Both the position numbers and the translations under genes were made by a program. Under the pieces are notes generated by a model. The model had not been told where the DNA came from and ran no database searches. It saw only the letters and a list, made by a program, of their open reading frames with translations. From contig CAWFSD010000003.1 of NCBI GenBank assembly GCA_963818245.1, positions 99,860-163,859 on the forward strand: a stretch of DNA of 64,000 nucleotides. The letters run 5' to 3'. This DNA comes from an uncultured Planctomycetota bacterium. Its GTDB lineage: Bacteria; Planctomycetota; UBA11346. This document shows positions 1-9,031 of the stretch, one piece after another; within the stretch, counting starts at the first letter, position 1; each line of letters begins with the position of its first letter.

Positions 1-517
1 CCGCGCCGTCCAGCTCGACCACGGTGTGCTCGCCCTTGAAGCAGACCAGGTAGTGGCCATCCGGCAGCTTGCGCGCGCCGCGGAACTGCTCGTGCACCGC
101 CGTGGTCGTGGTCACCAGCTTGATCTCCTTCGCCACGGCGCCGGTGCGGTCGACCTCGACGAGGCGGCTGGTGCCGCACTCGACGACCAGGACGTTGCCG
201 CCCGGCAGCGGCTGGCAGGCGTGGCATTCCGTGCCCGGCGGCGCCTTGTACTGCCAGACGACCTTCTGGTCCTGGTCGGCCTCGATGGCGCCGCCGGCGT
301 GGCAGAACAGGATGTCCCCGTTCGGCAGCTTCCAGCAGTCCTGGGGGTTGCGCGCGGCCATGCGCCAGGTGATCGCGCCACCCTCCGCGACCACGCACAC
401 CTGGCCGCCGTTGTGGTCGCAGCACAGGAAGCTGCGCCCGGGCGCCTCGGCGCCGCGGCAGAGCGCAGGAGCGGCGAGGAGGACCAGCAGCGCAGCGGCG
501 GGCAGGGTGGGTCTCAT
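1..517 (-). CDS. secreted beta-propeller (PQQ-like/YncE-like repeat) protein, C-terminally truncated by the window edge
   Basis: ATG at 515-517 (minus). N-terminus MRPTLPAAALLVLLAAPALCRG is a signal peptide. Repeated Cys/Gly/Val beta-strand pattern. Codon third positions are GC-rich. Confidence 0.5.
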   Translation of the reverse strand, partial: MRPTLPAAALLVLLAAPALCRGAEAPGRSFLCCDHNGGQVCVVAEGGAITWRMAARNPQDCWKLPNGDILFCHAGGAIEADQDQKVVWQYKAPPGTECHACQPLPGGNVLVVECGTSRLVEVDRTGAVAKEIKLVTTTTAVHEQFRGARKLPDGHYLVCFKGEHTVVELDGA

Positions 518-666
518 GCTCGCGACGGTGGCCCGGGGGTCGGCCGGGCCAAGTGCGAAGGATGGACGGCGGCGGGGGTCGTGCGGTGCACCGGCAGGAC
601 GCGCTCGGGAGGGGGCGCCGCGCGCGGTGGGCGTTGTCGTCTGGAGCGTCGGCACCGGGCTGGTGG

Positions 667-1818
667 TCAGCGGAGATGGACCGGGAACGAACCCGACATC
701 TGCTGGCCGCCCAGGCCCCCGCCGCCGCCCCCGCCGTGGTTGAAGTCCCCATCGAAGGGCGCCCAGATCGGGAAGGTGCAGGCCGCGAACGTCCAGCACA
801 GCCCATCGACCACCAGGCAGCCCGGGGTCATGATCACGCGCTCGATGGTGCGCTGCACCAGGTAGGTGGGGAGGCGGATCTTCATCAGCACCTCGACCCA
901 GTGGACCTCGACCCCACGGACCGTGAGCGCATCCGCCGCGGGCGCCGCAGCGGGATCGGTGCCGATCCAGTCGTCCTCGCCGGCCTGGTCGAGCAGGCCG
1001 AGGACGACCAGGTCCATGAGCGGGACCGCCAGCAGGCCTTCGTTCGCCACCCCGCCGGCCAGGGTGTCGCGCTCCAGGCGGCAGGCGAGGCGCAGGTCGG
1101 GCAGGCTGGCCAGGCGGTGGTGCGCGACCAGCTCGTCGACCTGGGCCTCGAGATCGCTGAAGGGCTTGGCGGGGGAGCCGTCGGCGCGCAGCCAGCCGAG
1201 GAAGACCAGGCGCGTGCGGCCATCGTGCGGTGCGCGCCAAGCTGGCGGGCCGCCGGTGATGAGCAGCGCGAGCGCGTCCAGGCCGCGGCCCAGCGGTTCG
1301 GCCGGGCGCTGGGGCAGGTCCATGAGCAGGCCGGTCGGCACGCTGGCGGTGCGCCAGGCGGTGGGCTCGCGCAGCCGCACGTCGAAGGTCAGGCGCGCGC
1401 TCGAGGTCGCGCGTCCGGCGTCGATGCGCAGCCGTGCGGTGGGGGCGCTGAACACGTCGCGGGTCAGCGCCGTGCCGACGGCCCACTTGGCGAGCGCCCC
1501 GGCGCAGGCGAAGCGGTAGGGCACCGGGGCGCCGGCGCGCACCGCGGGCGGCATGGCGCGGCGCTGCTCCGGGGTCAGCGTGGTGGTGTCCACCACCAGA
1601 TCGATCGCCAGCGCGCCCTCGTCGACCAGCAGGTGGTCGGTCGCCGGCGCGTTGCGCAGCGTCGGCAGGTCGTAGCCGCCGGCGTGGTCCGGTCGCCACA
1701 CGTTGCGGGTGAAGTAGCAGCCGGCGAAGAGCAGGCAGCAGGCGCCGACCGCGAGCGCGGCGAAGCGGCGCGCGGCGGCCAGCGATCCGGTGGCCATGGG
1801 TGCGGGCGTGCGGGCCAT
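667..1818 (-). CDS. hypothetical lipoprotein
   Basis: Internal start of track ORF 667..2322. MARTPAPMATGSLAAARRFAALAVGACCLLFAGC carries a lipobox LFAGC. The upstream part of the ORF is low-complexity Arg/Pro read-through. An alternative start is at 1797. Confidence 0.55.
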   Translation of the reverse strand: MARTPAPMATGSLAAARRFAALAVGACCLLFAGCYFTRNVWRPDHAGGYDLPTLRNAPATDHLLVDEGALAIDLVVDTTTLTPEQRRAMPPAVRAGAPVPYRFACAGALAKWAVGTALTRDVFSAPTARLRIDAGRATSSARLTFDVRLREPTAWRTASVPTGLLMDLPQRPAEPLGRGLDALALLITGGPPAWRAPHDGRTRLVFLGWLRADGSPAKPFSDLEAQVDELVAHHRLASLPDLRLACRLERDTLAGGVANEGLLAVPLMDLVVLGLLDQAGEDDWIGTDPAAAPAADALTVRGVEVHWVEVLMKIRLPTYLVQRTIERVIMTPGCLVVDGLCWTFAACTFPIWAPFDGDFNHGGGGGGGLGGQQMSGSFPVHLR

Positions 1819-1918
1819 GGCGGCCGAACCTAACGACCGGGGCGGCCGGGGACAGTCGCAGTCATGGATCCCGGTGCCAGGCCGACCGCCTCCAGGACCT
1901 GCGAACCGTCGGCCCGGT

Positions 1919-2521
1919 TCACCCGGCCGACAGCGCCGCCTGCACCTGCTTCTCGGTCTGCCGCGTGCGCATGGCGATCTCGGCGGTGCCGACCCCCTGG
2001 CGGTGGAGCTGGAGGATCTCCTGCGCGACGAGCTCGGCGATCTTGGACGCGGCGGAGGACGCGCCACCGGCGGTCGGGCCGGCGCCCGGGCGAGGACCGC
2101 CACCCGGCGGTGGTCCTCCGGCCTCGCCGGAGGCGGCAGGCGCGCCCGCGGCGGGCGCCGCTGCGCTCGCAGCCGGCGGCCGCGCCGGCGCGAGCTGTCC
2201 GGAGCGGATGGCGGCGGCGATCTTGTCACGCCCCGCGGCCAGTTCGCTGGCGGTGAGCGTGCCGGACCTGCTGGTGTCCAGGGCGCGGAACAGCGCGGGG
2301 TCGCGCTGGGCGAGATCCGCACCGATGCGCGCGGCGTCGGCGTCGCTCAAAGAGGTGGCGGAACCCGCCTGGGACTGCACCAGCGCCGCGAGCGCGGCGT
2401 CGCTGAAGGCGGCGCTGTCGCTGGTGAACGGGTGCAACGGCGCGGGCGGCGCCGGCGGCGCGGGCCGCGCCCCCGACTGGCTGCCGGCGGCGGCCACGGT
2501 CTCGATGGCTGGGATCTTCAT
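1919..2521 (-). CDS. hypothetical Ala/Pro-rich protein with an EF-hand-like loop
   Basis: Start MKIPAIE at 2521 with upstream GGAAAGGA Shine-Dalgarno (SD). The loop DTSRSGTLTASE fits the 12-residue EF-hand consensus. The opposite-strand ORFs are compositionally junk. Confidence 0.4.
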   Translation of the reverse strand: MKIPAIETVAAAGSQSGARPAPPAPPAPLHPFTSDSAAFSDAALAALVQSQAGSATSLSDADAARIGADLAQRDPALFRALDTSRSGTLTASELAAGRDKIAAAIRSGQLAPARPPAASAAAPAAGAPAASGEAGGPPPGGGPRPGAGPTAGGASSAASKIAELVAQEILQLHRQGVGTAEIAMRTRQTEKQVQAALSAG

Positions 2522-2638
2522 GGCGCGTCCTTTCCCGCCTGGCGCACCGGGTCGGTGCGTGCTGCGACCGTCGCCCGGCGCCATCCGGCTACGAGGTCCG
2601 ATCCCGATGGCGGGGCCGGGCCCCACCTTCCGCAAGGC

Positions 2639-3364
2639 TCAGCATCGGTCGGGGCGGGCGGGACTTGAGGAGGAAGTGCGAGCGCCACCACTCACCAGCG
2701 CGATGCCGCCCAGGACCAGGCCGGCTGCGACCACCAGCCCGCTGGTCAGCGGTTCGCCGAGGAAGGCCACCGCGCCCAGCGCCGTCAGCACCGGCACGCC
2801 GAGTTGGGCGATGGCCGCCTGGGTGACCTCCAGGCCCGCGATGGCGCGGTACCAGATGATGTAGCCGATCCCCGAGGTCAGCGCCCCGGACGCCACCGCC
2901 AGCACCGCCCCGGTGGCGTCCATGGCCAGCGTCGGCAGCAGCGCGGCGGCCAGCGCGGCGGCGAACGGCACGGCGCGGTGGAAGTTTCCCGCCGTCGCCG
3001 CGGCGGGGTCCGCCACCCCGCGCCCGCGGATCGAATAGATCCCCCAGGCGGCGCCCGCCACGGCCATCATGCACGAACTCGCCAGGGGCGGCGCCGCCAG
3101 TCCCGGCACGAACAGCAGCGCGAGCCCGGCCAGCGCCAGCACCAGGCCGAGCATCTGCAGCGGCCGCAGGCGCTCGCCGCGCGCGAGGCCGTAGCCGATC
3201 ATCGTCGCCTGCACCGCCCCGAACAGCAGCAGCGCGCCGGTGCCGGCGGGCAGGCCGACGTAGCCGAACGAGAAGCCGGCGGCGTAGGCGAACAGTGCGA
3301 GCGCCGAAGGCCAGCTCCCCGCCCGCGTCGTCGGCGCGCCCCGCCGGCGCAGCAGCAGCCACAA
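2639..3364 (-). CDS. DMT/EamA-family transporter (the N-terminus probably extends to about 3494 through an apparent frameshift near 3485)
   Basis: EamA-like TM repeats (GYIIWYRAIAGLE...). The same frame upstream encodes TFILTALAVCAFAGNSLLCRLAL without a start codon, while an ATG (MTARP) sits in an adjacent frame. Confidence 0.7.
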   Translation of the reverse strand: MWLLLRRRGAPTTRAGSWPSALALFAYAAGFSFGYVGLPAGTGALLLFGAVQATMIGYGLARGERLRPLQMLGLVLALAGLALLFVPGLAAPPLASSCMMAVAGAAWGIYSIRGRGVADPAAATAGNFHRAVPFAAALAAALLPTLAMDATGAVLAVASGALTSGIGYIIWYRAIAGLEVTQAAIAQLGVPVLTALGAVAFLGEPLTSGLVVAAGLVLGGIALVSGGARTSSSSPARPDRC

Positions 3365-3692
3365 CGCGAGCGCGCCGCTGAGCAGGCGCAGCGCGGTGAA
3401 CCCGGCCGGATCGCAGTGCCCGCCGCGCAGCGCCAGCCGGCACAGCAGCGAGTTCCCCGCGAACGCGCAGACGGCGAGCGCGGTGAGGATGAAGGTCCGG
3501 CCGCGCGGTCATCGCCTCGTTCCAGGCCGGCGGGGGCGGGAGTGCCACCGCGGCGGGTCCTGATTAGCGGGCTTCCACCGCCTGTCGAGGCGGGACCGCG
3601 CCACTCCTCCTGCCGGTGGGTCCGGCCCGACCGGCCGCGTGGCGCGTCAGTCCCGGCGCCACGCGTCGCGCCTCGGAACCCCGGCCGCAGCG

Positions 3693-5247
3693 TCAGCCCA
3701 TGCCGGCCACCGTGAGGATCACATAGAGCCCCGCGGCGAAGATGCCCGAACCGAGGATCACGCACACCGGCATGGTCAGCACCCACGCGAGCAGGATGCT
3801 GACCAGCGTGCGCCCCTGCAGGCCGGAGCCGTTCGCGGCCATGGTGCCGGCGATGCCCGAGGACAGCACGTGCGTGGTCGAGACCGGCAGGCCGAGCACG
3901 TCGGCGGTGGCGATGGTGGTCATCGCCACCAGCTCCGCCGAGGCGCCCTGCGCGTAGGTCAGGTGGGTCTTGCCGATCTTCTCGCCGACGGTGACGACGA
4001 TGCGCTTCCAGCCGATCATGGTGCCGAGGCCGAGGGCGAGCGCGACGGCGATCTTCACCCACAGCGGGATGAACTTGATCAGCGCGTCGAGGGCGCCCTT
4101 GTACGCGACCAGGTCGGTCTGCTCCTTGGCGTCGGTCAGGCGCTTCTGCTTGTTCAGCTTCGCGATCGACTCGTCGACCAGGTAGACGTCCTTGCGCAGG
4201 GCGCGGCGCTCGGCGTCGGTCAGCTGCGCGAGCCCGGTCTTCCCCGCCAACGCGGTGATGATGCGCTGGTTGACCGCGACCAGCGCGGGGTAGGTGGTGT
4301 CGCCGAACGTCCCGCTCGACTTGACGAACGCCGAGAGCGCGTCGGCCTGGTCGAGCGCGATCGGGGCGGGTCCCGCGCCGGGCACGACCAGGGCCGTCGG
4401 CGCGGTCGCCTCGGCGATGGAGGGCGAGGCCGGCGCCGCCGCCGCCGCGTGGGCCGAGAACAGCTCCTGCGCGTGCTGCGCGCGCGCCTGCAGCTGCTTG
4501 AGCGTCTCCACGTCGCTGTCCATGCGCAGCGCGTACACGCCCGGGATGATGCCGATCAGGATCAGCATGATCAGGCCCATGCCCTTCTGCCCGTCGTTGC
4601 TGCCGTGCGCGAAGCTGACGCCGGTGCAGGTCAGCACCAGCAGGCCGCGGATCCACAGCGGCGGCGGCGCGCTTGTCGAGCGGCGCCTGGAACAGCTCGG
4701 GACGGCGCACGGTCACCTTCAGCACCAGCAGCAGCAGGCCCGCCGCGCAGAAGCCGACCACCGGCGAGATCAGCAGCGCCATGAACACGTCCTTGGCCTT
4801 GCCCCAGTTGACGCCGTCGCCGAAGGCGGCGCCCTTGGCCATCAGCGAATTGACCATGCCCACGCCCATGATCGAGCCGATCAGGGTGTGCGAGCTGGAG
4901 GCCGGCAGGCCCAGCCACCACGTGCCCAGGTTCCACATGATCGCCGACAGCAGCAGCGCGAAGACCATGGTGAAGCCCGCCGACGAACCCGAGTTGATCA
5001 CCAGCTCGACCGGCAGCAGCGCGAGGATGCCGAACGCGACGGCGCCGGTCGACACCAGCACGCCGACCAGGTTCCACAGGCCCGACCACACCACCGCCGT
5101 CCACGGTCTCAGGGTGTTGGTGTAGATCACCGTCGCCACCGCGTTGGCGGTGTCGTGGAAGCCGTTGACGAACTCGAAGGCCAGGGCCAGGCCCACGGCC
5201 AGGACCAGGAACAGCAGCGAACCGGTGGTGAGGGAGGCGGCTTCCAT
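3693..5247 (-). CDS. pitA: inorganic phosphate transporter, PiT family. Apparent 1-bp frameshift near 4658-4668 splits it into an N-terminal part (4660-5247) and a C-terminal part (3693-4637).
   Basis: N-terminal part GFHDTANAVATVIYT and C-terminal part SFAHGSNDGQKGMGLI are the two PiT signature repeats. The junction ...PLDKRA/APPLWIRGLLVLTCTG requires one extra G/C in a GC run. SD AGGAGA precedes the ATG at 5247. Confidence 0.8.
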
Positions 5248-5481
5248 GGACGTTCTCCTGCAGCGTGGGCCCGTGGTCGTTGGCGCAGGCCAGGGGCGAG
5301 GGCGCCACGGTGGACGTCCGTGTGTCGGATCGGTGAAGGGCGGGTGAAGGTGGGCGCGTCGCAGGCCCACGGGCGCGGCCTCGGGCCCGGACGGTGGCGC
5401 TGCGAGGCCGTGGCGTCCGCTGCCGACCCGCGCCCGGTTTTCGGCTTCCCCGCCGCGGCCGCCGGCGGCACGATCGCGGCC

Positions 5482-5751
5482 ATGCCGCTGGTCCGCTTCA
5501 CGCCCAACCTGGCGCGGCACTGCGCCGTGGCCGACGCGCAGGTCGACGGCGCGACGGTGGCCGCCGCGCTGGCGGCGGCGTTCGCGGGTCGCGAGCTGGC
5601 GCGCGGCTACGTGCTCGACGAGCAGGGCGGCCTGCGCAAGCACATGTCGGCCTTCGTCGACGGCGAGCAGGTGCGCGACCGGCGCACGCTCAGCGACGCG
5701 GTCGCGCCGTCCTCGACCATCGACCTCATCCAGGCGCTCTCAGGAGGCTGA
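5482..5751 (+). CDS. MoaD/ThiS-family ubiquitin-like sulfur-carrier-type protein (C-terminal Gly-Gly)
   Basis: 89 aa, ends ...LIQALSGG. The stop overlaps the next start (TGAATG). Confidence 0.55.
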   Translation: MPLVRFTPNLARHCAVADAQVDGATVAAALAAAFAGRELARGYVLDEQGGLRKHMSAFVDGEQVRDRRTLSDAVAPSSTIDLIQALSGG

Positions 5752-6864
5752 ATGCTGCTCCACGTCGCGACCCGCAAGGGCCTGTTCGTCTACGACCTGG
5801 GCGACGAGCAGCCGCGCATCAGCGGTCGCCACTTCCTCGGCGACAACGTCACGCTGACGCTGGCCGACCCGCGTTCGGGCAGCTGGTACGCGGCGCTCGA
5901 GCACGGCCACTTCGGCGCCAAGCTCAAGCGCTCGGACGATCGCGGCGCGACCTGGCGCGAACTGCCCGCCCCGGCCTACCCGAAGCGCCCCGCGGGCGAA
6001 CCCGACGAGATCGGCGCCGATGGCCGGCCGCTGCCGTGGGTGCTCAAGCGCATCTGGTCGCTCGAGTGCGGTGGCGGCTCGCAGCCGGGACGGCTGTGGT
6101 GCGGCACCATCCCCGGCGGGCTGTTCGCCAGCGACGACCACGGCGAGAGCTGGGCGCTGAACGCGGCGCTGTGGGCCCACCCCGGCCGCCGCAAGTGGTT
6201 CGGCGGCGGCGCCGACCAGCCCGGCATCCACTCCATCTGCGTCGACCCGCGCGATCCGCGCGTGGTGCGCGTGGCGGTCAGCTGCGGCGGCGTGTGGACG
6301 ACGCGCGATGCCGGCGGGTCGTGGGCCAACACCACGCACGGCATGTTCGCCGCCTTCCTGCCGCCGGAGCAGCGCTACAACGTCGACAGCCAGGACCCCC
6401 ACCGCATGGTGCAGTGCGCGGCGCAGCCGGAGCGCTTCTGGGTGCAGCACCACAACGGCGTGTTCCGCTCCGATGACGGTGCGCTGACCTGGCAGCATTG
6501 CCCGGACGTGCCGCCCTCGGGGATCGGCTTCGGCTTCGCCGTGGTCGTCCACCCGCAGGACGGCGACAGCGCGTGGCTGGTGCCGGGCACCAAGGACGAG
6601 CAGCGCATCCCGGTGGACGGGCGCGTCGCGGTGACGCGCACGCGCGATGGCGGGCGCACCTGGACGGTGCTGCGCGCGGGCCTGCCGCAGCAGGACGCCT
6701 ACGACCTGACCCTGCGCCACGCCTGCGACCTGGCTGGCGACGGCCGCACGCTGGCCTTCGGCTCGACCACCGGTTCGCTGTGGCTCAGCCGCGATGGCGG
6801 CGACCAGTGGACGGAGCTGAGCGCGCACCTGCCGCCGATCCACGCGCTGCGCTTCGTCGGCTGA
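5752..6864 (+). CDS. BNR/Asp-box repeat protein (sialidase-like/Ycf48-like beta-propeller), no signal peptide
   Basis: Six S/TxDxGxTW Asp-box motifs: SDDRGATW, SDDHGESW, TRDAGGSW, SDDGALTW, TRDGGRTW, SRDGGDQW. Confidence 0.8.
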   Translation: MLLHVATRKGLFVYDLGDEQPRISGRHFLGDNVTLTLADPRSGSWYAALEHGHFGAKLKRSDDRGATWRELPAPAYPKRPAGEPDEIGADGRPLPWVLKRIWSLECGGGSQPGRLWCGTIPGGLFASDDHGESWALNAALWAHPGRRKWFGGGADQPGIHSICVDPRDPRVVRVAVSCGGVWTTRDAGGSWANTTHGMFAAFLPPEQRYNVDSQDPHRMVQCAAQPERFWVQHHNGVFRSDDGALTWQHCPDVPPSGIGFGFAVVVHPQDGDSAWLVPGTKDEQRIPVDGRVAVTRTRDGGRTWTVLRAGLPQQDAYDLTLRHACDLAGDGRTLAFGSTTGSLWLSRDGGDQWTELSAHLPPIHALRFVG

Positions 6865-6901
6865 CACGGCTCCGGCACCTGCCGGAATTCCCGCTGCTGG
6901 C

Positions 6902-8044
6902 TCAGAAGCCGGGATTCTCCGCGGGTTTGGGCGCCTCGCCACCCTGCGGCGGCGCGCCGCCCGGCTGGCCGTTGGGTCCGCCTCCGGGACCTCCAGGCCC
7001 GCCCGGCCGCCCATTGCGCCGCCCGTCGCGCGGCGGCCCGCCGCCGCCCCACATGCCCGGGAAGCCGCGCGCGCCGAAGCGCGGGCGCAGCCAGCCGACC
7101 AGCGGCGAATCGCCGGCGATCTGCCAGTGGTCCTCGTGGCGGACGAGCTTGAGCGGCAGCGCCTCGGCCTTGCCGAAGGCGGTGAACGCGACGGTGACGT
7201 AGCGCGCGTCGTCCTCGCCGGGCACGGGCCGGGGCTCGCCGACCTTGGCCGAGTCCAGCACCTGGTCGAGCTGCAGGTCGTAGAGCGCGAGCAGCGCCTT
7301 GAGTCCGCCCAGGCTCTTGCCGAGGCGGCCCGCGGCGTCGTCGATGGTGATGGCGCCGAGCTCCGCGGCCGTGCCCACGCCCAGGCCCTTGATCAGCGCG
7401 GCGAACTGCGCGGTCGCCTTGGCCTGCTTGTCGGCGTCATCCAGCCCCGCGCCCTTGGACCACGCGGCGAAGCCGTCGAGCAGGTCGGCGATGGCCCTGG
7501 TCTGCTCGGCCTCCAGGCCGGTGGCGAGGATGTCGCCGACCGTGCCCGCGAGCAGGTTGGGGACCAGGAAGCCGGTGCGGCGCGGCTCGGCGTCGGCGGG
7601 CGCGCCCGGCTTGGCGGCCAGCCCCTGCAGGGTCGCGGCCAGGCCGTCGCCGCCGATGAACAGCGAGAAGATCTGCTGGAAGTGGCGGTCGGCCTCAGGC
7701 CCGCCGTTGCCGAGCGCGAGCAGGCGCTCGATGACGCCGTCGCGGAACGGGTTGTTCTGCCCGGCGAAGCGCTTCCAGGAGCTCTCGAGGTCGCTGCGCT
7801 GCGCCGGCGCGAGGCGCGCGAGCAGCCCGGTCGCGTCGTTGCCGCGCAGCGCCTTGATCAGCTCGGTCAGCGCGGCGTCGGCGCTCGGCGCGGCCGGCGC
7901 CGGCGGTACAGGCGCGACCGGCGCGACCACCGCGGGTGGCGCGGCCTCGGCGGCGGGCGCGAGCGCCGGGGCGATGGTGAGCGAACCGGTGACCAGCGCG
8001 GCACCGGCGAGGACGGCGAGGCCGCCGATCTTGAGCATGGCCAT
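6902..8044 (-). CDS. secreted hypothetical protein with a Gly/Pro-rich C-terminus
   Basis: Start MAMLKIGGLAVLAGAALVTGSLTIAPALA is a signal peptide, with GGAG 8 nt upstream. It lies in the same frame as the upstream sigma-factor C-terminus with no intervening stop. Confidence 0.5.
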   Translation of the reverse strand: MAMLKIGGLAVLAGAALVTGSLTIAPALAPAAEAAPPAVVAPVAPVPPAPAAPSADAALTELIKALRGNDATGLLARLAPAQRSDLESSWKRFAGQNNPFRDGVIERLLALGNGGPEADRHFQQIFSLFIGGDGLAATLQGLAAKPGAPADAEPRRTGFLVPNLLAGTVGDILATGLEAEQTRAIADLLDGFAAWSKGAGLDDADKQAKATAQFAALIKGLGVGTAAELGAITIDDAAGRLGKSLGGLKALLALYDLQLDQVLDSAKVGEPRPVPGEDDARYVTVAFTAFGKAEALPLKLVRHEDHWQIAGDSPLVGWLRPRFGARGFPGMWGGGGPPRDGRRNGRPGGPGGPGGGPNGQPGGAPPQGGEAPKPAENPGF

Positions 8045-8226
8045 GGTGGTGACTCCAGCGGAAGCGGCGGTGGCGGCGGCAGCGGCGGAAAGCGCGGCGG
8101 CGGGCGGGGCCATGCCCGCCGCGGCGGCGTGCGCGGTGGCGGCGGCGAAGGCGAGGGGCACCGGCGCGGCCGCGGCCTGGGCCTCGGCGGCGAGCAGCCC
8201 GGCGAGGGCGAGCGCACCGACGGCGA

Positions 8227-8783
8227 CGCCGCGGCGGCCGAGCACCTCGCGCAACTGCTCGCGCCCGCGGCTGAGCAGCGAGGCGAGGGTGCCGGGGTTG
8301 AGGTTCAGCAGGCGCGCGACCTCCTCCTGGGGATGGCCTTCGAGGTAGTGCAGGACCAGCGGCACGCGGTAGCGCTCGCTGAGCCGGTCGAGGGCGCCGT
8401 CGAGCTCCTCGCGGAGTTCGGTGCGCCGGCGCTCGTCGAGCGGCTCTTCGGGAAGGGTCATGGCGCTGGCCTCCTCATGGCGACGGCGGATGCGCCCGGC
8501 GTCGCGCTGGCGCGCGGCGACGTGGCGGGCGGTGCGGTGCAGCCAGCCGCCCAGGGTGGGATGGTCGGTGAGCGACCTCGGCCTTGTCGGCGAGGACCAG
8601 GAACACCGCCTGCGCGGCGTCCTCGGCGTCGGCCCCGGGTCCGAGGATGCGCCGGCAGGTCGCCAGCACCATCTGCCCGTGGCGGCGCAGCAGCTCGGCG
8701 AAGGCCGCCTCCCGCTCCACGACCGGCCCGCCGCCGCTGAAGGCGGTGAGCAGGGCGGCATCGCTGGTCGTCGATCGTACCAT
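8227..8783 (-). CDS. ECF-type sigma-70 factor. Apparent 1-bp frameshift near 8575, and no in-frame stop before the downstream gene.
   Basis: Region 2 (FAELLRRHGQMVLATCRRILG...AQAVFLVL) is in the frame of ORF 8475..8783. Region 2.4/4 (LTDHPTLGGWLHRTARHVAARQ...VPLVLHYLEGHPQEEVARLLNLNPGTLASLLSRGREQLREVL) is in the frame of ORF 6902..8899. Confidence 0.6.
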
Positions 8784-8820
8784 GGTTGCCCTCTATCCGG
8801 CCACGCGCCGGTGGACTTGC

Positions 8821-8851
8821 GGGGAACTTCCCGGAACCAGACCTGTTCCCC
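8821..8851. promoter_or_regulatory. overlapping dyads GGGAAcTTCCC and GGAACcagacctGTTCC in the ECF sigma upstream region
   Basis: Direct reading. GGAAC is the typical ECF -35 core. Confidence 0.4.
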
Positions 8852-8883
8852 TGCTCGGGGAGGGGGACGGATGGAACCGCCAG

Positions 8884-8993
8884 GACGCCAAGGCGCCAAG
8901 GGCCGGTGGTTCGAGGTGGAAGGCGCTGCTCATGACGCTCCTAGCGCACGTTCGCTCTGGCTGTCGAGCCTTGGCGCCTTGGCGCCTTGGCGG
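8884..8993. repeat. MITE-like element: arm gacgccaaggcgccaagg, about 65-bp core, inverted arm ccttggcgccttggcgccttggcgg (CGCCAAGG octamer units)
   Basis: Direct reading. Lies in the intergenic region upstream of the ECF sigma gene. Confidence 0.85.
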
Positions 8994-9031
8994 TTCTATC
9001 CTGCGGGTCCGATCACCCCGCGGTCAAGCGC

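Noticed and set aside
553-2668. Long plus-strand ORFs 553..1833, 1790..2668 and 1800..2864 overlapping the minus-strand lipoprotein and EF-hand genes
   Set aside because: They are Arg/Ala/Gly/Pro low-complexity translations typical of antisense frames in 70% GC DNA. They have no motifs and no SD, and the real genes with signal peptides and motifs lie on the other strand.
3199-5643. 814-aa ORF 3199..5643 and the other huge ORFs (15462..17219, 17618..19459, 18910..20619, 25321..27345, 36240..38156 N-terminal part, 40116..43259, 48562..51222, 8987..10153)
   Set aside because: They are alternative-frame or antisense read-throughs of real genes. The proteins are dominated by R/A/G/P and are contradicted by well-supported genes in another frame.
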